Assembly (NCBI GenBank): GCA_050049715.1
Contig: JASFVS010000001.1
Location: 1-40,226, forward strand
DNA length: 40,226 nt
Source of the DNA: Phycisphaerales bacterium
GTDB lineage: Bacteria; Planctomycetota; Phycisphaerae; Sedimentisphaerales; Anaerobacaceae
Reading direction: 5' to 3'
Within the stretch, counting starts at the first letter, position 1; the number at the start of each line of letters is the position of its first letter. The translations under genes and the position numbers were made by a program. Shown here one piece after another: positions 18,196 through 27,230 of the stretch. The notes beneath the pieces are model-generated. The model had not been told where the DNA came from. It saw only the letters and a program-made list of their open reading frames with translations, and searched no databases.

Positions 18196-18990
18196 TTAAA
18201 ATATATCTTTACGCCGTCGTAATTCTGCAAAGACTTCCGCCGCCGGTGCATTGAGCATATTCAATGCAGACCTTAGCTCGGAAAAGTCAGCTCGTAAAAA
18301 CGGATTTGTTTCTTTTTCCCGCAATATTGTGGAAGGTACGGTTGGTTTGCCTGCTTTTTGCGCCTGCTTGAGTTCGTTCAGATATTTTTGGACAGCTTGA
18401 TTACCCGGCTCAATACTCAATGCGAATTTGTAATTTTCCAGCGTATAATCGTGCCCACAATAGACAAGTGTATCATCAGGTAAAGATGCTAATTTTTGTA
18501 AAGAATTCCACATTGAAGACGCGTCGCATTCGAATAATCTGCCACAGCCCCCAATGAACAATGTGTCACCTGTCCAAAGGATACCATTTTCCTTTTCGTT
18601 CGACGGCGGAATATAATAGCACACCGATGTGTGGGTGTGTCCCGGCGCGGCAATTACCTGTATCTTTACGTTGCCAATTTCTAATATTTGTATATCTTCG
18701 GCAAAGCAATCAACGTTTTTTATTCTTTGTTTATCGGGACCGATGACCCTGCAGGAAGTTTTTTTCTTTAGTTCTGCAGTTCCTCCGGTATGGTCCCAGT
18801 GATTATGTGTAAGAAGAATGGTGGTAAGGTTCAATTTGTGTTTTTTTAGTGCTCTGAATACCGAAGAACTTTCTCCGGGGTCAATTACAAATGCCTCACT
18901 CTGGTTATATCGATACAGGTAGATGTAGTTATCACCAAGTGCTGATATGGTGATTACCGGGTCCGTAGCTTTTGAATAATCAGACAACAT
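18196..18990 (-). CDS. gloB: Hydroxyacylglutathione hydrolase (glyoxalase II, MBL fold), 264 aa
   Basis: Glyoxalase II motifs are present: THNHWDHTGG, PGHTHTS, GDTLFIGGCGRLFE, CGHDYTLEN, and the C-terminal NPFLRAD. Confidence 0.88.
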   Translation of the reverse strand: MLSDYSKATDPVITISALGDNYIYLYRYNQSEAFVIDPGESSSVFRALKKHKLNLTTILLTHNHWDHTGGTAELKKKTSCRVIGPDKQRIKNVDCFAEDIQILEIGNVKIQVIAAPGHTHTSVCYYIPPSNEKENGILWTGDTLFIGGCGRLFECDASSMWNSLQKLASLPDDTLVYCGHDYTLENYKFALSIEPGNQAVQKYLNELKQAQKAGKPTVPSTILREKETNPFLRADFSELRSALNMLNAPAAEVFAELRRRKDIF

Positions 18991-19881
18991 TTATTGAAGC
19001 TCTTTCAATATTTTTTTGCATTGTTCTACGTGACTTCTGCCGGTCGGCATACTTTTGCCGCGGGCATAACGGATAAATGCGTATTTTATCAGTTCATACA
19101 CAATATACAATATCCGGCGAATCTGAGCATCCGAGTCATCAGGCCGTGGTTTTCCATATCCATCGAAAAATTCAGGTGTACTGTAGCCATAAGTATCGAG
19201 CACAGCAAACTCAAGCTCAGGGTCGCCATATAAGCCCCGGTCAAAGTCAAGTATCGCGGTTATATGGTTGTTTACTGTGAGGATGTTCTGGGTCCATAGG
19301 TCAAGGTGAAGAAGTGAGGGGGGCACTTCAGTAATAACATTTATGTGATTGTCGTATATGGAAATGAAATGCTCATACTCATTATCATCAATGATTCCGC
19401 ATGAAAGACAGTCGCGAAAAATTAACTCGACGTAATTGTAAAAAATATCAGGCCAGCTTTTTCCGGTTGGTGCGGCACGTTCAGGGTAACCGTAGTAATC
19501 GGATTTAATTGAATGGATTTGTCTTACATAAATACCGAGTTCACTCTCATCGAAGAAGCCTGAATCTCCTTTGAGATATTCCATTATAAGGTAATCTCTA
19601 TCAATGACTTCGCGTGAGAAGTCGTGATAGACAATCTTCGGTACGGGAACATCGGTGTTTTCTCTAACCAATCGGTGAATATTGACCTCGGATTTCATCA
19701 TGTCAACTTCGTAAAACAGTTTTGGTATATTATCCGGTGGGGCGATTCTAAGAACATATTTCCCTTTGTCCGAATCAATGTAATATGAATCATTATAGTG
19801 CCCGGCCCGGATAGTGCTTATTGTATTGCCGCCCAAACTTGCTTTTTGGAGTAGTTGTTCTATTTTATGATTAGATAACAT
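18991..19881 (-). CDS. Phosphotransferase of the APH/choline-kinase/fructosamine-kinase fold, 296 aa
   Basis: The catalytic loop is PSLLHLDLWTQNIL (HxDxxxxN) and the metal-binding segment is ILDFDRGLYGDPELEFA. Its stop codon abuts the gloB ATG with 0 nt between them. Confidence 0.75.
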   Translation of the reverse strand: MLSNHKIEQLLQKASLGGNTISTIRAGHYNDSYYIDSDKGKYVLRIAPPDNIPKLFYEVDMMKSEVNIHRLVRENTDVPVPKIVYHDFSREVIDRDYLIMEYLKGDSGFFDESELGIYVRQIHSIKSDYYGYPERAAPTGKSWPDIFYNYVELIFRDCLSCGIIDDNEYEHFISIYDNHINVITEVPPSLLHLDLWTQNILTVNNHITAILDFDRGLYGDPELEFAVLDTYGYSTPEFFDGYGKPRPDDSDAQIRRILYIVYELIKYAFIRYARGKSMPTGRSHVEQCKKILKELQ

Positions 19882-19985
19882 TATCTGAAATTATACGCGC
19901 AAATACTTTGCAGATACAGTATTCATCCGGGTTTTATAGTTTTAGGTTTGAGACGAGATGTTATCTGTATATTTTTGACAGGTGT

Positions 19986-20954
19986 CTAAGGCGTAAAATC
20001 TCCAGGTGTGCTTGTTGTGCCTGGGAGTTTTGTGTGGACCGTTGTGTACTCGCTGAATATTTTTTGTATTTCAGCTGTTTTGGCATCGCCTGTATGGACG
20101 ACAACTCTGTAGCGCAGGGTGAGCGTTTGCCCCTTAGGCAGGTCGAGGTGGTCGCCTTCAAGCCAGTTCATCGGCGTAGGTGAGAAAAAACCATAGTCGC
20201 GGGTAAACCATCTGCACGGAAACCAGAGGTTTTTCGGATGCTGTAAAATTGCGATGCCTTCTTTAATACCTTCTCGTATGCCGGAGTAGTCGCACCAGGG
20301 AGATTCAACGCCCCAAGTATCTTTTTCGCCGGTTTTGCCTTCGGCATTGATGAGTGTGCCGCCGGACTGGACGCTCAGTTCCGGTACGACACGCGCTGAG
20401 AATAAAGCGTGGTTAGTTTTGAGAATACGAATGTCTGTCAGTGGTTTTAGGCTAATCTCGAAATCAATGAAACGAATGTTTTTGTTCGGCGCGGTGATAG
20501 TAATATGCCGTCGGTCAAAAATGATTGGTTTTTTGCCCGGCTTTTGCCACAAGCATGTATCGCTAAAGATAATTTGACTGCCCGATGATTTTATGAGCTT
20601 AGGGCCTTGTGAGACAATCTGGCCGTGTTCATTACTTTCCTGCCAGTAGTTGCCGCCGTTGACCCGGTCGCAGCCAAAAAACAGCGAATGGTGGTGCGGC
20701 CAAGGCTGTGATGTTTCAGTGGTAATTGACTTGCCCGATACCGGCCCGTTCACCGGCCAGAAATACGGATACTTCTGAGATGCTTCGAATTTGTAGCAGG
20801 TAAACGGTTTGCCGTCGATAGTAACTATAATACGGTCCTTTTCGAGTTTTGCTTTTACTGTTTGGGATTCAGTGGGGAGTTTTGCGGGCGTCAGGGAACA
20901 GGCGCAAATCGTTATGAGGAGTAAGATTCCAAAGAATTTTATCGAGTGATTCAT
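19986..20954 (-). CDS. Exported PmoA-like (PF14100/DUF6807-type) protein, 322 aa
   Basis: There is a signal peptide MNHSIKFFGILLLITICAC. Matching motifs: WPHHHSLFFGCDRVNGGNYW, SPWCDYSG, LQHPKNLWFPCRWFTRDYGFFSPTPMNW. The family name is from recollection, not a search. Confidence 0.7.
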   Translation of the reverse strand: MNHSIKFFGILLLITICACSLTPAKLPTESQTVKAKLEKDRIIVTIDGKPFTCYKFEASQKYPYFWPVNGPVSGKSITTETSQPWPHHHSLFFGCDRVNGGNYWQESNEHGQIVSQGPKLIKSSGSQIIFSDTCLWQKPGKKPIIFDRRHITITAPNKNIRFIDFEISLKPLTDIRILKTNHALFSARVVPELSVQSGGTLINAEGKTGEKDTWGVESPWCDYSGIREGIKEGIAILQHPKNLWFPCRWFTRDYGFFSPTPMNWLEGDHLDLPKGQTLTLRYRVVVHTGDAKTAEIQKIFSEYTTVHTKLPGTTSTPGDFTP

Positions 20955-21026
20955 CTGTGTCTCTTTCAGTAAATTAATTGTGCTTATTAATTTTACTGAA
21001 TTAGCTAAATAGTTAAAAAATCAATT

Positions 21027-22448
21027 CTACAGATGCCATGGGCTTCGCATCGGCTTGGAAAGCATTCGGTTTGCCTGTTCATCATTAGTAAATCGTTCTT
21101 TTTCAGGGTCCCATCGTAACTTTCGGCCGAGTTTCATAGCAATATCACCCAGCAAACAAACACTGCATGAACGATGCGCGACTTCGACAGGAGCTATAGT
21201 TTCCGCTCTGGATTTGATACACTCGAAGAAGTTTTCTTTGTGATTATTGCTTTTGTAGAGATTGATTTCATTTGGGCCTATAGTTGATGTCAGTAATGAT
21301 TTTGGTTCAGCATCGATAAATCCTCGCCTGACATAAACCCACCCTCTTGTGCCTTCAAAAAGAACACCTTGTTTGTTTTCTTTATTATGTGCGCAAATAA
21401 CTTTCACGCCATTCGCATATTTATACTCGATGTGGAATACGCCGTGCACATTCCATAGTCCGTCCCGTGGATATTCGGCTTGGCCTTCAATCTCAATGGG
21501 GCCGGTATATTCGGTCCCCATTCCCCACTGTGCAATATCGTTATGGTGACTTCCCCAGCCTGTAATCATGCCGGCACCGTAATCTTGTATGCGCAGCCAG
21601 CCGGGTCGGCTGTATCCTGCTTGCGGGTGAACGCGTTTCTCGGTATAAGTCGCCCAGGGGGCGGGTCCGAGCCACATATCATAATCGAGCCAGTCCGGAA
21701 CAGGCATCGGGTCTTCAGGTGTTGTGGGTGGGTCTATATCAAAACCGACTTTAACGGTGTGCAACTCGCCGATACGTTTGTTGCGAACCAGTTCACAAGC
21801 AAAACGAAATCTTGAATCGGAACGCTGCTGGCTTCCTACCAAAAAGACCCTTTTATAACGGCGGACAGTGTCGCTTAATGTGCGTCCTTCCTCTATTGTC
21901 AAACTCAATGGCTTTTGCAGAAAAATATCTTTTCCGGCCTTGGCCGCTGCAATTGCAGGTAGCACATGCCAGTGGTCGGGCGTGACGATTGAAACTGCGT
22001 CGATATCCTCTCTTGCAATCAGCTTTCTGAAATCTTTGTACGTGTCACAACCCTTATAGTTTCCGCTTGCGCTTTGATTACTGTAATGTTTTTCAACGAA
22101 CTGCTTGGCATGTTCGGCTCTGTGGGAGTCAACGTCACACACGGCAACGATGCGGGCTTGTTTGAATCCCAGTATTTCCCGTATATCACCAAGTCCCATC
22201 CGTCCGACTCCGATGCAGCCGACTGTGATACGGTTGCTCGGTGCATCAGCACCTAATACGGAAGATGGAACTACCACCGGAGCCACCCAGGCCATGCCTG
22301 CTACAGCGGCTGAGTTTTTTAAAAACTGCCGACGAGTTATTACGTTTGTTTTGGGAGCCTTTGTGCTTTTCACTTTGTTCCCTTCCTTTCTCGAAGTAAA
22401 ACCGGTGTTTTCATATACCTTTTCAAAGGAAATAATTATATCGAACAT
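21027..22448 (-). CDS. Gfo/Idh/MocA-family oxidoreductase with a Tat signal, up to 473 aa; start uncertain
   Basis: The Tat motif is TRRQFLKNSAAVAGMAWVA, the Rossmann motif is VGCIGVGRMG, and TPDHWH and LQKPL are present. A GTG at 22373, preceded by AGGAAGGG, would give VKSTKAPKTNVITRRQFLK and is a more plausible start than the ATG at 22448. Confidence 0.85.
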   Translation of the reverse strand: MFDIIISFEKVYENTGFTSRKEGNKVKSTKAPKTNVITRRQFLKNSAAVAGMAWVAPVVVPSSVLGADAPSNRITVGCIGVGRMGLGDIREILGFKQARIVAVCDVDSHRAEHAKQFVEKHYSNQSASGNYKGCDTYKDFRKLIAREDIDAVSIVTPDHWHVLPAIAAAKAGKDIFLQKPLSLTIEEGRTLSDTVRRYKRVFLVGSQQRSDSRFRFACELVRNKRIGELHTVKVGFDIDPPTTPEDPMPVPDWLDYDMWLGPAPWATYTEKRVHPQAGYSRPGWLRIQDYGAGMITGWGSHHNDIAQWGMGTEYTGPIEIEGQAEYPRDGLWNVHGVFHIEYKYANGVKVICAHNKENKQGVLFEGTRGWVYVRRGFIDAEPKSLLTSTIGPNEINLYKSNNHKENFFECIKSRAETIAPVEVAHRSCSVCLLGDIAMKLGRKLRWDPEKERFTNDEQANRMLSKPMRSPWHL

Positions 22449-22606
22449 ATTTAGTTATAGCAAATTGGAATTTGAACGTTTGTTTTTTTACTTGACCTGT
22501 AATGGCAGGCTGTTAGATTTGATGCAAAAGTTGGCTGTTTCATAAAGTTGTCCTGATTCATCGGAAACTTAATTTTATAGCTTTCTAAGAACGAGGAGAT
22601 ATTATC

Positions 22607-23932
22607 ATGTCCTTTAATCGTCGCGTTTTTCTCAAAGGTTCGTTAGCCTCAGGCTTGACCATTGCTGTCCCGGCGATACTCTGTGCTCAGACTGACAGAA
22701 AGTATCGCACAGCTCTTATCGGCAGCGGCTGGTGGGGTATGAACATTGCTCGGGAAGCACTGCAATCGGGGCAATGCAGGATAGTTGCTATGTGTGATGT
22801 TGACCTTAATTTGTTAAATCCTGCTGCCGAAGAAGTAGAAAAACTCAGTGGTGACAAACCTAAAAAGTATCAGGACTATCGTGAGCTACTGGAGCGTGAG
22901 AGGCCGGATATAGCTATCGTGGCCACACCTGACCACTGGCATCCGTTGATTACTATTGCTGCGATAAAAGCGGGGGCTGATGTGTACGTGGAGAAACCCA
23001 TCGGACACACAATTAAAGAAGGCAGGGCTATGGTAAATGCGGCGCGGGCGACGGGCCGGGTCGTTCAGGTCGGCACGCATCGGAGGATATCGCCTCATAA
23101 TGTTTCCGGTATGAAATTCCTTAAGGAAGGCCGGGTGGGCAAAATCGGTATGGTGAGAGCCTTTGTTCACTATCCGGGTGGAGGCCCGGAGAAACCGACT
23201 CCTAATGAGGAACCTCCAGGGGGCCTGGACTGGGATATGTGGTGTGGGCCCGGACCATTGCGACCTTATAACAGACGGATGCACCCGAGAGGCTTTCGCC
23301 AGTTTCTCGATTACGCCAACGGTACGTTAGGTGACTGGGGCATACACTGGCTCGACCAGATTCTTTGGTGGACCGAAGAGAAATATCCTAAACGGGTTTT
23401 TTCTTCAGGTGGTCGTGTCATAAAGGGCCCTCCAATCAAAGATGAAAGGGGCCAGACTACCGATGCTCCTGACCACCAGGTCGCCAGTTTCGAATTCGAG
23501 GGTTTCACCGCGGTATGGGAACATCGCCAATTCGCCGGGAATAATACTGATAAAGGCGAAAATGTCGGTTGTTACTTCTATGGCACTGAAGGTATCTTTC
23601 ATATGGGCTGGCAACAGGGCTGGACTTTTTATCCTGCCAGAAGAGGGCAAGATGTGATACATGAGGCCCCAAAACTGAACGCGCCGAACGAGCAGAATAT
23701 TAAGGAGCTATGGGCTGACTTCCTCGGCGCTGTCAAGAAACGTTCCCGCCCGCTTTGTGACATAGAGACAATACATAGGTCGACGAATATGAGTTTACTG
23801 GGCATGCTTTCATTAAAAATTGGGCGAAGCGTTGAATGGGATGGCGAGAAAGAAGTAATTGTGGGTGATTCCGAGGCGAACAAGCTATTATACCGTAAGT
23901 ACCGTAAGCCCTGGATTTATCCAAAAGTGTAG
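22607..23932 (+). CDS. Gfo/Idh/MocA-family oxidoreductase with a Tat signal, 441 aa
   Basis: It begins MSFNRRVFLKGSLASGLTIAVPAILCAQ. Other motifs: ALIGSGWWG, ATPDHWH, VEKPIGHT. An SD (GAGGAG) lies upstream. Confidence 0.88.
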   Translation: MSFNRRVFLKGSLASGLTIAVPAILCAQTDRKYRTALIGSGWWGMNIAREALQSGQCRIVAMCDVDLNLLNPAAEEVEKLSGDKPKKYQDYRELLERERPDIAIVATPDHWHPLITIAAIKAGADVYVEKPIGHTIKEGRAMVNAARATGRVVQVGTHRRISPHNVSGMKFLKEGRVGKIGMVRAFVHYPGGGPEKPTPNEEPPGGLDWDMWCGPGPLRPYNRRMHPRGFRQFLDYANGTLGDWGIHWLDQILWWTEEKYPKRVFSSGGRVIKGPPIKDERGQTTDAPDHQVASFEFEGFTAVWEHRQFAGNNTDKGENVGCYFYGTEGIFHMGWQQGWTFYPARRGQDVIHEAPKLNAPNEQNIKELWADFLGAVKKRSRPLCDIETIHRSTNMSLLGMLSLKIGRSVEWDGEKEVIVGDSEANKLLYRKYRKPWIYPKV

Positions 23933-23995
23933 TTATTTGTCTTGTCGTATAAGGATGAGGCAATCTATAGCGGGGCATTGGTGGCGTTAGCGGGA

Positions 23996-24099
23996 TTTTT
24001 AGTCTTTTAAAGAAAAAATTAAATTTTTTCAAAATTTTTCACTTTTTTTCTCTTTTTGTATTTGCACTCTCAGGTCTATTTCGATAAATTACGTAATTT
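23996..24099 (+). promoter_or_regulatory. AT-rich phased T-tract region with a candidate promoter and a 14-bp palindrome upstream of tRNA-Thr/tuf
   Basis: T-runs start at 23996, 24005, 24024, 24035, 24043 and 24053, roughly one helical turn apart. A candidate promoter is TTGCAC (24062-24067), a 17-nt spacer, then TAAATT (24085-24090). A perfect palindrome AAATTACGTAATTT spans 24086-24099. The promoter hexamers are weak matches. Confidence 0.3.
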
Positions 24100-24255
24100 A
24101 CATAAATAAATTGTTTATAAGGCAATGTATTCCTGCGCTATCAGTATATAAAAGATGGGCAGGAATAAAGGGGGATTGCCGTATTTTTTGGCTTTAAGGT
24201 CAGGTGTGGTGTTGTATTTTGTTCGGTCCACCACTATGTCGGTGAGCTGGATATT

Positions 24256-24327
<72 letters not shown>

Positions 24328-24467
24328 AAATGCAAGCGGGTCAAGCCGGGCTGGTTTTGTAACTCCGGTTGTGAATTGATTATAAAAGGTTTTTAGAGAA
24401 TTTTGTAAGAGAGTTAAATATTGGGATAAGTCAATATTAATCCTTTACATTGGAGGTTTATATTAAG

Positions 24468-25682
24468 ATGGCTAAGGCGGTATTTGAAAGGACAAAACCA
24501 CATATCAATATTGGCACTATAGGTCATATCGACCACGGCAAGACGACGTTAACGGCTGCTATAACGATGCGGCTGGCGCAAAAAGCCGGTAGTGGTAATG
24601 TTAAAAAGTTTGAGGACATCGACAATGCACCGGAAGAAAGGGAGCGCGGCGTTACGATAAATACTGCTCATGTGGAATATGAGACAGAAAAACGCCATTA
24701 TGCGCACGTTGATTGCCCGGGACACGCCGACTATATTAAGAATATGATTACCGGGGCGGCCCAGATGGACGGAGCTATTCTGGTGGTTGCAGCCGGTGAT
24801 GGTCCAATGCCCCAGACTCGTGAGCATATCCTGCTTGCACGTCAGGTGAATGTGCCGAGGATTGTTGTGTTCCTGAATAAAGTGGATCAGGTTGACGATC
24901 CCGAATTACTTGAGCTGGTTGAGCTGGAAGTAAGAGACCTGTTGAATAAGTATGAATTTCCCGGGGACGATATTCCGATTGTTAAAGGTTCAGCTTTAGC
25001 TGCAATGGAATCCGAAGGCAAAGATGACGAGGCTTGCAAGTGTATCGATGATTTGATGGCATCGGTTGACGAATATTTCCCGCTTCCCGAGCGTGATGTT
25101 GATAAACCGTTTCTTATGCCGGTTGAAGATGTTTTCAGCATCAAAGGCCGTGGGACAGTAGGCACAGGTAGGGTTGAGCGTGGTGTAGTCCACACCGGCG
25201 AGGAAATTGAAATTGTCGGTCTTGCAAAGGAAACCCGTAAGACAGTTGTTACCGGCGTTGAAATGTTTAATAAGACGCTCAACGAAGGCCAGGCCGGCGA
25301 TAACATCGGCGTGCTTTTACGGGGCGTTGAAAAGAAAGATTTAGAGCGGGGGCAGGTTGTTGCGGCGCCGGGTAGTATTACTCCGCACACCAAGTTTCAT
25401 GCGGAAGTTTATGTTTTGACCAAAGAAGAGGGCGGTCGTCATACGCCGTTCTTCGCAGGTTATAAGCCGCAATTTTATTTCAGAACAACGGATGTTACCG
25501 GTTCGGTTCATGCGTTAATGAGCAAAGAAGGCAAGAGTGCAGAGATGTGTATGCCGGGCGATTACATTGCCATGGAAGTGGAGATTATTTCGCCAATCGC
25601 AATGGAAGAAGGTCTTCGTTTTGCTATTCGTGAAGGTGGCCGAACGGTTGGTGCCGGTGTGGTAACAAAGATTCTTGCCTGA
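24468..25682 (+). CDS. tuf: Elongation factor Tu
   Basis: It begins [28 protein letters not shown], with DCPGHADY and NKVD also present. The track ORF starts at a TTG at 24450; the ATG at 24468, preceded by GGAGG, gives the canonical N-terminus. Confidence 0.97.
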   Translation: MAKAVFERTKPHINIGTIGHIDHGKTTLTAAITMRLAQKAGSGNVKKFEDIDNAPEERERGVTINTAHVEYETEKRHYAHVDCPGHADYIKNMITGAAQMDGAILVVAAGDGPMPQTREHILLARQVNVPRIVVFLNKVDQVDDPELLELVELEVRDLLNKYEFPGDDIPIVKGSALAAMESEGKDDEACKCIDDLMASVDEYFPLPERDVDKPFLMPVEDVFSIKGRGTVGTGRVERGVVHTGEEIEIVGLAKETRKTVVTGVEMFNKTLNEGQAGDNIGVLLRGVEKKDLERGQVVAAPGSITPHTKFHAEVYVLTKEEGGRHTPFFAGYKPQFYFRTTDVTGSVHALMSKEGKSAEMCMPGDYIAMEVEIISPIAMEEGLRFAIREGGRTVGAGVVTKILA

Positions 25683-25823
25683 GCATCTCTGGGTGACTTC
25701 TAAAGGAAACTACGAGTACCCAAAATTAGAGTGCTCAGACCGGCTAAGTGTATCCGGGCAGGTATATATGGAACAATTAGATGTTTCTTAGGTGAATGAA
25801 CCTGTCTGGCGGGGATGAACTTT

Positions 25824-25994
25824 ATGGCTAAGAAGAAGAGTAAAAGGGAATATGTCTGGCTTGAATGCAGCCAGTGTAGCGATAGAAACTATAGGACTAC
25901 TGTTAGTGTAGCAGAGGGTACGCCGAAAATACGACTAAAGAAATTCTGCAAAAAGGAACGTAAGCATACTGTTCATAAGATACGGCGCAAGTAA
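25824..25994 (+). CDS. rpmG: 50S ribosomal protein L33, 56 aa (absent from the ORF track)
   Basis: Hand translation gives MAKKKSKREYVWLECSQCSDRNYRTTVSVAEGTPKIRLKKFCKKERKHTVHKIRRK*. It has the L33 CxxC pair and length, and sits in the canonical position between tuf and tRNA-Trp/secE. Confidence 0.85.
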   Translation: MAKKKSKREYVWLECSQCSDRNYRTTVSVAEGTPKIRLKKFCKKERKHTVHKIRRK

Positions 25995-26078
25995 TTGATT
26001 ATTGACAGATACAGATTTCGGCGTTTGGGGCAATTGCAAATATTCTATAAGGAAGGCATATTCAATAGTCAATTAAAT

Positions 26079-26151
26079 AGGCCAGTAGCTCAATTGGCAG
26101 AGCGTCGGTCTCCAAAACCGAAGGTTGGGGGTTCGACTCCCTCCTGGCCTG
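26079..26151 (+). tRNA. trnW: tRNA-Trp (anticodon CCA)
   Basis: Acceptor AGGCCAG/CTGGCCT, D arm GCTC-AATTGGCA-GAGC, anticodon stem TCGGT/ACCGA with loop CTCCAAA, T arm GGGGG-TTCGACT-CCCTC. No CCA is encoded. Confidence 0.93.
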
Positions 26152-26225
26152 TTTTGGATTGTTAGGTTTACGTAGAAATGCAGGATTGGCGGTCCTGTTT
26201 TAGTTTGGTGAATATGAGGTAAGTT

Positions 26226-26609
26226 ATGATATTTAGTATTTATAAACGTGGCCAGGGCAAATATACAAGACTCTGCAGTGCTTTTGCCGCTGCAATAATT
26301 GTTGGATTGGGTTGTTTACAGCTTTATAAAAAACTGCAGGCGACTGATCTGGGATTATGGGTTGAAACTATGGTGCCCGCCGGTTTGTTTGTTGTATTTG
26401 CTCTTTTGATTTCCTGGTTGTCTAATAAACCTTCAGTTGCAGATTTTATGGTATCGGCCGAGAGTGAAATGAAGAAGGTTAGCTGGTCAAGCAAACAAGA
26501 AATTGCTGTTTCAACATTTATTGTGATTGTAGTTGTGGTATTTATGGCTGTCCTCCTTGGGGCTACTGACCTCGGATTTAGAACGTTATTTTCGTGGCTT
26601 CTGGCTTAA
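26226..26609 (+). CDS. secE: Preprotein translocase subunit SecE (3-TM form), 127 aa
   Basis: It sits between tRNA-Trp and nusG. It has three hydrophobic helices and a C-terminal SecE core EMKKVSWSSKQEIAVSTFIVIVVVVFMAVLL. Confidence 0.85.
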   Translation: MIFSIYKRGQGKYTRLCSAFAAAIIVGLGCLQLYKKLQATDLGLWVETMVPAGLFVVFALLISWLSNKPSVADFMVSAESEMKKVSWSSKQEIAVSTFIVIVVVVFMAVLLGATDLGFRTLFSWLLA

Positions 26610-26650
26610 TATTTTAGTATCTCGGATTAGTTACGAGACAGGGTATTAAT

Positions 26651-27193
26651 ATGCAGTGGTATGTTTTACGAGTTGCGGCAAATAAGGAAGTGCAGGTCAA
26701 AGAAGCGCTTGTGCAGAATATTGAAAGGGAGGGTTTAACGGATATTATTGGCCGGATAGAAGTTCCTGTAGAGCGGATTAAACGTATCCGAGGTGGCAAG
26801 CAGACGGTTCGTAAGCCGCCGAAGTACACCGGCTATGTTTTTATGGAAATGGAATCGACTGAAGATGGACGGGTTCCTGAAAAGGTCTGGTTTATGATAA
26901 AAGGAACGACCGGTGTAGGAGATTTCATTGGAACAGATGGAGTTCCGATCCCCATGCGGGACACAGAGGTCGCAAAAATACTTGAAGAGGCGGAAAAGCC
27001 GGAAGAGGCACCGAGCATCAGAGTGGAGTTTAAAAAAGGTGATATGATTAAGATTCGAGAAGGCGCTTTTGAGAATTTTGAGGGTGTTGTCGATTCAATC
27101 GATCCTGAACGTGGGATTGTTAAAGTTATTGTTACGATATTCGGCAGAAGCACTCCTCTGGATATAGAGTATTGGCAGATTGAGAAGGCATAA
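26651..27193 (+). CDS. nusG: Transcription termination/antitermination factor NusG
   Basis: It has the NGN start MQWYVLRVAANKE and a KOW domain FKKGDMIKIREGAFENFEGVV. Confidence 0.95.
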   Translation: MQWYVLRVAANKEVQVKEALVQNIEREGLTDIIGRIEVPVERIKRIRGGKQTVRKPPKYTGYVFMEMESTEDGRVPEKVWFMIKGTTGVGDFIGTDGVPIPMRDTEVAKILEEAEKPEEAPSIRVEFKKGDMIKIREGAFENFEGVVDSIDPERGIVKVIVTIFGRSTPLDIEYWQIEKA

Positions 27194-27230
27194 TTCAGTA
27201 TTGAAATATTGAAACAAGAGACAAAAGATT

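Noticed and set aside
22105-22545. A 146-aa + strand ORF overlapping the 5' part of the minus-strand oxidoreductase gene and the divergent intergenic region.
   Set aside because: It is mostly antisense to a well-supported Gfo/Idh/MocA gene and has no recognisable domain. The same reasoning applies to 23733-24032 (-) and 19908-20183 (+).
24887-25393. A 168-aa minus-strand ORF inside tuf.
   Set aside because: It is antisense to EF-Tu and has an S/T/P-rich composition, so it is a shadow ORF.
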